Shown piece after piece: positions 12,932 to 23,610 of a stretch of DNA of 64,000 nucleotides; position 1 is the first letter of the stretch; each line of letters begins with the position of its first letter. The DNA comes from Gnetum montanum. Its lineage: Eukaryota > Plantae > Gnetophyta. The stretch covers positions 1-64,000 of the forward strand of contig MNCI01000175.1 of the NCBI GenBank assembly GCA_015680685.1, in the 5' to 3' direction. The position numbers and the translations under genes were made by a program. The notes under the pieces were generated by a model. That model was not told the origin of the DNA. It made no database searches and saw only the letters and a list, made by a program, of their open reading frames with translations.

Positions 12932-14529
12932 TGAAACATCGCAGAAATCGCGAATCGGCCTAAGGCGAAGATTCACGATTTTGGCAAAAGTTCATGGCAA
13001 AATTCCAGAAGGCAGAACAAGGCGAAATGGCACCCAACATCAAGTCTCCAAGTTCCTTACAGATTCCAAATTTTACTATGTTTTTTATCTTTACGCTACA
13101 TTACGCAACATAGCGTAATGACGCTTAGCGTAAAACGACTTAATATAGTCTGACATCAGAAGGTAACTTACTTCAGCAGATTTGGTGAAGCTTAAGGCCT
13201 AAGCAGCGTAATATGTGACTTCTTGCATATTCTACTAAGTCTTTTTGTCTAGAGTCGAACTTACGCTTTGTTACATAAGGTAGCGTAATGAGCTTCAAAA
13301 AGGTCAAAGGGAAAGTCCAAAGGAAGCGCAACAGATTAAGTTCCTTTCTTTTGCAGATTGATCACTTTACGCTAGTTACACTACACCACGTACGACAAGC
13401 GTAATTTACTGACGAGTTGATCCATTTTTATGCTTCACTACGCTTTGCTGCGTAAATGAGAGTAAAACAACTTGACTCACTCTTTCCATGCTTTGTTATG
13501 CTCCGCCACGCAACGCAGCATAAACAAATGTAATACAGCGTAAAGTCGACTAAAGTGGTTACACATTTGCTATCCATGCGCGCAATACGTTGATGAGCGT
13601 ATTGTGCATAATCATGAAGTAGCTTCGGCAAAAGTGCTGATAGTGTATGTTGCAATGTGACATGACATAGCCAGTTCGTCAAGTCAGCGGTATCCGGAAA
13701 GTTAGGGACATGTGTCATCAAGGCCATGCCTTTTTTGTATGTTGTCAAACTTATAAATACCCTGGTTGCTAGAGGGGACTAGGGACTTTTGGACTTTTTC
13801 AGAGTAGAGCGGCAGTTAGCATCTTCAAACTCTTGGCAGTTATCATCTCTGAGTAGAAACAAGAGACATTTTTCGAGCATTGGTAGTAGGAGCAATCATA
13901 CCTTTTGGCAAAAATACAATTCTCCCACCGGCGATCCTTGGCAGTTTTGAGCAGAGGCTACCCAAAGCGAAGAAGATAGATCAGAGATCGAGAGATTATC
14001 TGGTGAGGTTGGTAAGATATATTGATTAGACACAGTTGATTGATAGGCATCCAAGCTTGACCTTCCTTGCACTTCATCTTTGGCTTACAAGGTAGATTAA
14101 GCTTCATTCTGCACTCCTTGTTAGACAGTTTTTCTTATTATTTTGTGTATATTTCGCATAAGATAATCGGAGTCTTCCCATTGTAACTTTGTGTACAAAA
14201 TACTCAATTTTTCGGGTCAAGGTACAGATCTTGAAATCACGCATTTCACTTAAATCCAATTCCCTTTTGTTGCGTTAACGTTATCATTGTTGTGATTTAT
14301 CTACATCGTTTTCCTCTCCTTTCGCGATTTATCGAATCAAATCGTTCCACGAAACACTTATAATCTTAGTCGATTTACTGATTTAGTAAGTCCCTGTCTG
14401 ATCGACAAGACCATTCAGGGCACTGCGGATTTGTTTTTCTCTAGCACAGCCCTCGCACGGATCCGTGGTTAAGATTGTGTACACGGATTTTGTTTGGTAT
14501 TCTAGCTACTGACATTTTCTATCGTTATA
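12932..14529 (+). mobile_element. Tat 5' LTR
   Basis: TGAAAC...CGTTATA (terminal CA decayed to TA). Direct repeat of 28522-30116. TATAAATA at ~13752. Confidence 0.95.
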
Positions 14530-14535
14530 GTTCTC

Positions 14536-14552
14536 TGGCACTAGAAGGAGGG
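14536..14552 (+). promoter_or_regulatory. Primer-binding site, tRNA-Asn type
   Basis: TGGCACTAGAAGGAGGG lies 6 nt after the LTR. It matches the complement of the plant tRNA-Asn 3' end as I recall it (TGGCGCTAGAAGGAGGG) with one transition. Confidence 0.8.
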
Positions 14553-14781
14553 CCTAGGCTCTAATTCATATTTTTACGGGTAGCCCTGTAAGAAATCTAT
14601 ACTAGCGTTTCCAATAACATGAACGTAATACCTCTAGGGAAGTTTACGAAGCATCGTGCGGTGTAGATTGGTCACAGTAACGATTCCTTTGGAATCCTAC
14701 AGGGTAGAAAGCTTAATAGCGATCTTCTTTGTCCATCGCCTTTTAGATCCATTCATTCATCGTCGTCAACCTATTTGATCA

Positions 14782-17700
14782 ATGGATTCTGCATACATGA
14801 CCACAGCCGCCATGATTACCATTGACTCAGGTGTCACATCTGTGAACCCTATTACCGTCACCGGACCAACCTCTGGTGTTGTAGGACCTCAGGGACCATT
14901 GCATCATTCATTGAGGTTACAGGGCAAAGATCCTATTTTCACTGTTGTGATGCCTGAGGAATATAACTTCATATGCATCAAGATCCAGGCGAAGCTGGCT
15001 CTCAGCCGAGCCGAGATCAAAGCAAAACGAAATTTTAAGATGATCCACTGAGGGGGTCAGGACTTTACCCCTACCACCTATGACATCATTCCTTTGACAG
15101 AACATCACCATGAAATTATAACACAGTTGGTCATGGATAGGAGCTAGGCTACATGGGCTATGCTGGAACCCCAGAATGAGGAGGAAGAAGATGATGAATT
15201 TGCAACCCAGTCTGAACATTCATATCACACTCTTAGTCCTCATACCTACATAAATCCCTTATTCCCTTTCAATGGAGAAGCCGCCCATATTAATCTCGCC
15301 GTGACCACACAAACTCACGGTCCTGTTGTCCTGCAAGCCACTACGTAGCCATCTGGGCTGCAGGTGCAAATACCCCAAAATAACATGGAGGCGGTCTCAT
15401 CACCATGCGTAATCAGCATTCCGTCGGTGGTCCTAGCATCCACCGTGCCCCATTTCATCCCTCAGATCCAACCCCATGCCATATCTACAACTCGCCTAGT
15501 GCAGACTTTATCGCTGCCGCCCCCTCCAACCCAACAGATCACCACCATCATTCAACCACAGATATCCATCCAACAACCTGTCGTGAGTCAGTGGACCATC
15601 CCCGCGGCCCAGCATAACCAGTCTGCGGTATATGGCGTGCAACCCTCAATTGCACCTGCAACTCATATTCCGCAGATGGTCCCACAATATCCTTATCCCT
15701 ATCCCGTGCAGCCAGCGGTGGCTAACCTTTCTTCTCAAACCGGTGGATGGTGGTCCTCACAAGCACCTCTGTCCGTAGGGATCCTTGCCACACCATCTGC
15801 CGGCCAAACCATCCCTTCATTTCCACTCCTCGGCACTGCTCTCCCAATTCAATCCCCTATGCCTCTTGCATAAACATCTTCATCGACTGGCTTAGATCAG
15901 GCCTTCTTGCTTATTCAGACCCTCATCGAGGAGGTTAGACGCCTTAAGGCCACTGGTTCAGACACTATATAGATCATGAACTTCTATCAAGATGATCCTA
16001 TTAGTCCAGCGGTCCCCATGCTGTCGTTTCCCCCAGGGATGTCCTTACCTTATTTTACCAAGTATAATGGGGAGGGAGATTCTAACGCTTACTTGGTCAC
16101 TTTCAGATCCGAATCCTTGTTGTTACAACAATGGCCTCACACGATTATCCATGTCTTTGCTATGTCTTTGAAAGGGAAATCTTTAGATTGGTATCGAGCC
16201 CTCCCTTGCTCTTCCATCTCAACCTTGGAAGAGCTTCTGACACAATTCGTGACTCGCTTTAAATACAACTTAAAGCCAGAAGTCACGTTAGATCAACTCA
16301 TGGGAGTGAAACAAGACCCACTCAAACCAGTCCAAAAGTTCATACAGCACTGGAGTGCTACTTTGAATGAAATCCATGAGCCAATCGCGAAGCCACACTT
16401 ACTGGCTATCTTCAAAGGAGTAGTCAATGACTTTATCAAGTCTAAGCTGTATTACCTTTCCACTAACTTCTTACATCAGATCTTCGCTCAAACTAAAAGC
16501 ATCCAAGATGCTGCGGAGGCCAGCAAAGACCCGGCGTATGTCGCCTACAAAAATGCTCACAACAAGGGCAAGGACAAAGGTAAAGTGACGACAATGACAG
16601 TAGCTGCACTGGCTAAGGGCACAAAGAACAAGAACAAGAAGGCACCTACAGTGCCTCTTGAGACCACGACTAGTGCAAGTAGCACCAGCCAAGACACAGC
16701 TGCCCCTGAAAAGCCCCCCAGCCAAAACCAAATTTTGAGTATAAAGATCGCTCAAAGTATACAGCCCTGCCTGTAAAAACACTCAGAACTATTGAAACAA
16801 TTGTTAGGGGTAGGATACATTCAGCCCAAGAAGGTATCTGAAGAAGCTTTGAAGCATCACAGACGTCATTGTGAACTGCTGAAGAATCCTTTTTTACCCC
16901 TACCTGACAAACCACTAGTTCTGAGGTCTTTCAGGCTTGACTGTTTCTGTGACTACCACTAGTTGTGTGGTCACGATACAGATTACTACTAGGTGTTGAA
17001 AGATGATATTCAACGCATGATTGACAATGGCTCACTCAAACTAGATAGCAGTAGTCCAACGTGTTCGGAAAACCAAGCGTTTCACGTGTACAAGGATCCG
17101 TTGAATGCAAACAACGCACCCTACACGATCAGCGTGGTGAGTATGGACGGTGAGAAGAAAGTACCGTCCAAACAACCTTTTGTGTTGCATGTACCTACCA
17201 ACTCACCAAGGGGGATAGGCTTTTCACTGGCAGCCATTGGTGTCTTGCGGCCACCTTTCATCATCCGAGTGCCTTCTCTAGATTTAACTCAGCCTCCCAA
17301 TAACAGTAAAGCCGCGGCCATGTCCGTGCCCACACCTAAGGTGCCATTCATTATTAAGGTGCCAAAATCACTAGCTGCCCCTTTTACGTAGGGGCAAGCT
17401 TCTAACGCAAGTCACCAACCATCATCTAATAAGCAAAAGGAAGGGGATGTGTCTAGTAATGCCGCTAAAAACCATACTATGCTAGGCTTCGCTAGGCCTA
17501 AGACTTTGGCCTCTGTCCCTACATCTGCGCCTTTTGGGCAAGACAAGGGTACAGAAACACAACCACCATCCCTCGGCAAGAAAAAGAACAACTCCCTGAC
17601 CGATGTTGTTCTGCCCAAGGAGATCTGTCTCTTAGGGCCAATGGAAGAAGACAAAGGGGACAAACAAGCCAGTCGAGAACGGGATCTTCTCGACGTGTTT

Positions 17701-18573
17701 ACGCAGGTCAAACAGGCTCTCAAATAAAAAAATACAACGCTGAGCCTCTATGACCTGCTCATGACATCTCAAAAACACCATGAGGCCATGGTCCACATGA
17801 TGACATCCATACCTGTGGAGGAAAGCTTACCAGCAGAGGAGGAAGCGATACAAGCTGTCATGTTTCTCTCCGACACTGAACGACCTAAACCTACCTCGTT
17901 GACCTTTTATGACGAATCCATCAAAGACGATCTAGAGAAAGGTTAGGTGAAAACTAAGCCCATGTTTATCACCATCCGGATCAGTCAATACCAGATCCGG
18001 AGGGTGCACGTGGATGATGGTGCAACTACAAATGTCATTCCTTATCCCATCATGGATAGGTTGGGTCTGGTCAACCAAATCAATCCCACAATGACAACAT
18101 GTGTAAAGTCGTTCAGCAGAGCACAGGTTCAGATCAAGGGGATGGTGTGCATAGAATTTGTGGCAGGGGATCAATTCCCAATGGATGCCACATTCCTTGT
18201 CGTCGGGGAGATGCCTGGGTTCAACTTAATTCTAGGAAGGTCCTGGTTAGCCCAACTGAGGGAAGTTTCGTCACCTATACACTAGGAAATACACCTACCC
18301 TACGCAGGGGGAGAAGTTGTAATACGTGGTGACAAAATCACCCCCAGAACTATCAACAATATCGAAGAGGAATGGGGTTCGGAGATAGAAAAATTGAATA
18401 ATCAAACCCATCCCCGAATCCCCGAACAAACCAAAGCGAATGATGACAGTCTAGCCTGGGCCAACCTGCCATTCTAGGATGGTGATGTGGAAGAGCCAGG
18501 CCGCAAATCTCCCCGCCCTTATGCATCACTGAATGTGAAGGCCATCAAGAAGCAATTACGAATTAGTGATTGA
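14782..18573 (+). pseudogene. Tat gag-protease reading frame with premature stops
   Basis: ORF-track pieces at 14782, 15160, 15364, 15976, 16993, 17449, 17761 and 17947 all share one frame. Contains a Pro/Gln-rich N-terminus, gag core (KYNGEGD..AYL..F; SLKGKSLDWY), Zn knuckle FCDYH*LCGHDTDY (~16945) and aspartic protease VHVDDGATTNV...LILGRSWL. Confidence 0.92.
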
Positions 18574-18768
18574 TCTGGATGGCCTTTACGCGCATCTTCA
18601 TGTCCCTACTAATTTTTCCTTTTACGCTTAGCAGTTTACATATTTACGCTCACTATTCATTACGCTATTCACATTTCTTTATATACACTATTTACGCTCT
18701 TTGATCATTTTAGTACAATTACGCAGAAATGTACATTATTATTAATTACGCTTTCAAAATTATGCAGA

Positions 18769-18897
18769 TGGCCTGCAACGGCCTAAAACTAGTAATGACC
18801 TGCAATGGCCTTAAACTAGAAATGGCCCGTAGTGGCCTAAAACTACCTCGTATCTTACACAAACACTACCTGGTGGTCCATGATGGCCTTAAACTAG
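18769..18897 (+). repeat. Four copies of a ~24-bp motif TGGCCTGCAAYGGCCTWAAACTAG
   Basis: Three tandem 27-bp units plus one detached copy. Resembles the motif at 26860-27343. Confidence 0.85.
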
Positions 18898-19097
18898 CAA
18901 TTCCGTGTTATAGCAATGCCAACTATCAATAGTCTTTAAAAATTCCACTTACGCTTTACAAATAACGATATAAAACCAAAAATAAATAAATATACAAATA
19001 GCATTTAAAACCATACAGAAAAGCTTAATGCCAACGTTGTCAACATTCATATACCCATTGTTCAATCCCAATCAATAAAATTATGCGTAAGTTACAG

Positions 19098-22000
19098 TTA
19101 TGCATCTCCCCTAGTGCCACTATCACCAGTATCCCTTAGGTCAGGCTCCAAGCCTAATAAATCCTCCTCAAGTGGGTCGTCCTTCTTAGAAGGTATTCCT
19201 TCGTGAGGAATGCCATCCCCATGAGGCCCTTGCTCCAACGTCGACTCCACAAGAGGACGCTCTTTGCTATTACGCTCCTCTTCTTGTGCTTGTTCCTCAT
19301 CCTGTTCTCCTTCACCCTCTAATTCTTGTACATGTATATAGCAAATGCGTTAGCAAAGACTTGACATCACAACTAAGAAAAATTAGATTCAATAATGTTT
19401 AAACTTACTCGCGATGATCCTGCTTCCGCAGCAAAAGGGAGCTTTTCTAAACCAATCGATAGGCGCTGCATGATTTCATCCTTAGTTAATTCAGACCATA
19501 CGTCGTTTCCTAGAGCAACACCAGCTTTCACCTTCCCCTTTTCCACACTGGTCCAGCGAGGCGGGTCAAGGAAGAAAGTAGGGACAGTAGTCTCGCCCCC
19601 GGGAAGAGACATTTCTCTTTTTGGTGACACGTTTATTGTCACCTGCTCCTAAAAAGTTTCGAAAGCTTGGGATGTGCCAATGACATCCAGGAATACCCAC
19701 AAGCATTAAGCTTCAACGGTAGAATCACAATAATGCTGACGATAAGTGATACTCTCTCGCTTATACAAATGCTTGCGATCCTTTTCTTTCTGCCCCCACT
19801 CTTGCACGCTTGCGCAGAAATCCTTCCAGTCTTGGCTTTTCTGTGATAAAAGCTCTATTTGTATCCACTACTCCACCAAATCCTGACTGGTTTGCACACT
19901 GTTCCTGATTGCGGTCCAATAGCGAGAGTAGTCAATCACAGCTGTGCACCAGTCGTCCTCACCCGTTTCCCGCGCCTGCAGGAACTGGCATCGCAATTTC
20001 AAGTCTCCGACCTCTATGGCCAGAGACTCCTTCTCCCTCTCTAACCTCTGCGGCCTTTTCCAGAGGTCTTCATTGACACTCTTACTCTCTCACAAGGAGC
20101 GAGTCGAGCGTAACGCATATTTACAGATTTTCTCATAAATGCTGTGTGGCACAATCGCCCCGTCAGATGGAGGCTCCACTGTGTCCAAATCAATGGGCTC
20201 CATTGGGTCCCATCGAAGGCGAGCTCCTGATAGCAAACATTATCAATATAAATGAAACATTACCACTTTTTAATAACGTAAACCCATTGATGATATAACA
20301 TATCGGCTCTAGGATCAACACACTCAAGGCGCTCGATCATATTGCTAACAATGCCTTCCATGAAGGCAAAGTTGTCAGGAAACTCTCTCCATGTTCTGCT
20401 TATAGAGGTGGGCATGGAGGCATCCTCTTCACCTGTAGCATAATTTAGTTAAAAATCCTAATTATTAACAAAACACCTCAAGACATCCAATACGTTTACT
20501 ACCTATGCTTGTTACAGTGGGGAGTGCGTCAACAGTTCCCACCTCCTCCCTCTCTTCACGCACAAGGGTCTGTGCATCGCTAGTCCTAACAGCTGGGGCC
20601 TCTTCTTCCAAAATCAGGGCCCCTTCCCCACGACTTAATATTACTGCCCTTATCTTAGGGGTCAACTACTCCGTAGGTCTCACTGTTCAAATTACATACA
20701 CATTTAGACGATTCAAAATATCCTGAATAAAAATTGCATAATACAATAACTCACTACGTTTCTTTTATGCTTACCAGGCGGAGGTTTACTCCGCTGAACT
20801 CTGACTTGCATGGTTCGACCTGTGCCACTCCCAGGCTCCACAGGGACCTCGATTAAGTGAAGCCTTTTACACCGAGCCAAGGGCTCTACAATTTCTACCG
20901 CCAAGCGTTTCCCTCGTGAAGCATCACCAGTGTAAGTGGGCATCACCACGCCTATGCTGTCGGGGCCTTGCACTCGAGATGCTACCAAATCCCTTGTCGT
21001 TATAGACAGAGATTCGCCAATCCCTTCCAGGGGATCCTTTCCACGGGTAGTGCCAAAAATGTGGGTAATCTAAGGTTTGGATAGCTGGTCTCGGTCTTGC
21101 TGCACCCAGACCCCATTCCTCTGGATGACCAAAAATTCAGCAAAACGCTGAAGGCAAGCTATGAAGAAGGCGTAATGCACGTTGAAACAAGAATTAAGCT
21201 TCAGCCTAATCATCTTAGTGCGTAATCCCTCAGCAAAATAGCTTGCCCAGTTGAACTAGGTCCCTTCCTCCATAACCTCCCGCATGATACAGGTCTATTC
21301 TATGGAAAAGAACTTTCCCTGCGAGAGTGTCTTGGGGAAAGCTCGGGCCCGGAATAGGGGATAAATCATCTTGGCAATCTCTAGTTCAATCTTCTCACAA
21401 GGGATCCCCTTAGGCTCCTTCTTGGCCCCTAACCACTCCTCTAGTCATTCCTAACAGGAAAGGCTCCTCTTCGTCTTTTCTTCTATGGGAAGGTCATCAG
21501 AGGGGACGCCGAAAAGGTCTACAAAAAGCTGAGCATCAATATCAAAATGTACACGTACGTGATGCACGCGCGTGTAGAAGCGCTCAGCCCTTTCGCTGAA
21601 GGAGTTGACCAGGGTTAACATTTCACTGGCGGGGACATCAGGGGTTATGGCCAAAAATAAGTGCATTAGCCTCGCTTAGCGTAGCTTGGTGACCAATGCA
21701 ACTAGGGCCACCACGTGGCCGAGCCAGCGTTGCGCCTCCTTGATGTTGCCGTAGCGGAAGAAAAGGGTATTCACCTCACGGCTGAAAATTGTAAGGGTAA
21801 TCTCCCAGGATTCCCTGGCTGAACAATGCAAGACACATGTCAAAAAGAACTATTACGTGACATTCAAAATTCACAATTACACCACGCAACAATAAAATAC
21901 GTAGCAGTTTTACTAGGTCCAAATGGTAAAGGAAATGGAGGAAGTTTCCTCTGTATGTCCGCAACGGTAAGGGGGGGATCCAAAGTCCAATCTTCATGTA

Positions 22001-23124
22001 GCCACCCGATATTCTGGCAATTCTTGAAAGCGTCAGCATAACGGGTGGGGTACTCATGAATGTCAAAGCCGATCTGCCCCATAACACCAGCACGTACATT
22101 GCTAGTAGAGGTAAATGCCTTTATTGCCGTTTCAGTCCACGTTAAGGTATCACCATCGCCTACTAACTTGTTCTCATGGATAAAAAACCTGTACCATACC
22201 ACATATGCTTATCTTACACTTTACAAAACTTAGACAATAGACATATAATGACAATACCGCCAATAAAAACCACTTACCCCCCTGAATAATACATCGTGCC
22301 TGGTGGGTTCTGGAAATAGGTTGAGACGTGACGGGCCACGAACAAAGTGTTGTATGCATGGTAACAGCTAAACTGAGCCATTTCCCAAATCCAACTTAAG
22401 CACCTTAATCCTCTGGCACTAAGTTCGCGGTACTGGGGACAACCAGTGTCGATATCCTCATCTGTCAAGAAAGCCAGAATTCCCTGCATAGAACCCACTA
22501 GCAGGTGCTCCAAAATGGCGCCAACGATATCTCCTGATAGGTGTGACCATACAATAATGCTATAATTACGCAGTAAAAACTGTAGAAACTCCAGCGCACC
22601 CTTTTGAAACCATATGGTCCTCCCATGCAACCGAGTCTGTGGGGGAGGAACATTAGCTTCGATTGGGTTTATGCAGCATAAAACCCCGACTATATCCAGG
22701 ACGATTAAGATGGGTCTTAACATGATACTGTACAGAGACAATAATAAACACATCAACGTCTAGATGTAGATTTGCATGCTTAAAATAGAGAAAATCTACA
22801 AATTACGCTTAGCTATTCATGCCAAAATCACCTAAACCCTTGCAACAGTACAAGGTTTGTCCCTGACAATGGCGATAGACATAGTCCTAGTGTATAAACC
22901 CTCATTTTAACGTGAGGTCCATAGTCTAAAATTTTAAATTTACGCAGGCGATGCTACAAGAATAAACACTGCAAAAGTAACACGAATAAGCAAGGGATGG
23001 CCTACCGATTCAAAGGCGTAGGGTCTCTCACTTCGACCACCGCCTGCGAGGTATGTTGTAGGCTCCCTTACACCTCATCAATCTTCACCAATTTGGCATT
23101 CTTCCCTCTCACTTTCGGAGCCAT
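19098..23124 (-). pseudogene. Antisense 8-exon accessory gene of the Tat element: FCP1/SCP(NIF)-like domain, PMD-like region, coiled coil, acidic tail (~1082 aa reconstructed; premature stops)
   Basis: Exons: 23124-23006, 22727-22278, 22188-21914, 21818-20775, 20682-20503, 20432-20304, 20226-19409, 19331-19098. Five introns are GT..AG, one donor has decayed to AT (20303) and one acceptor to CAT (19332-19334). All phases join into one frame of 3249 nt. Some junctions have nearby alternatives. Confidence 0.85.
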
Positions 23125-23272
23125 TGTTACAGTTCTAACACCTTCACACTTTTGCACCTTTACGCCTTTACAAATGATGCACTCCAATCTTTTGCTCCTC
23201 CTTCTTTCTCTCTGTAGCAGCTAAGAATTCAAATTCGTGATAGCAAACAGCCTATTCTAAATGAAAACTGCT

Positions 23273-23280
23273 TACTTATA
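23273..23280 (-). promoter_or_regulatory. Candidate TATA box of the antisense gene
   Basis: Reverse complement TATAAGTA ~150 nt upstream of the ATG at 23124, followed by a purine-rich leader. Confidence 0.5.
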
Positions 23281-23610
23281 TGCAAAATTTAACCGACTTG
23301 ATACCCGATTTTAGCGAGACTTGCCCAAATACTGGTGTCAGTATGAGCTGGAACCCAAGGATCAAGACATTAATTACGTCAGATATCACACGCATTACGG
23401 TTCGAAACAACCCTAAACTACCGTATCTTATCTCCTCGTAGTCAGGTCTCATTAATTATAGGCTATTCGCAAAATTTAAAATTCAGTTGGCTTTACGCTC
23501 GGTAACATCACGTCACGTCCCATACACTAAACTAAGTGTTATTCGTTAAACACTCATCGCATCAAACTTAATAATCTTTCTAATTACTCTCGTATTTGAC
23601 AATTTTGTAG

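Noticed and set aside
13428-13748. Short ORFs inside the Tat LTRs (also 28813, 29204)
   Set aside because: Not maintained between the two LTR copies.
19098-23124. Antisense gene as an ordinary host gene or a separate DNA transposon
   Set aside because: It lies wholly inside an element bounded by LTRs and a TSD, shows the same style of decay and shares the element's motifs. No TIR, TSD or transposase motif was seen. A one-off capture is not fully excluded without other copies.
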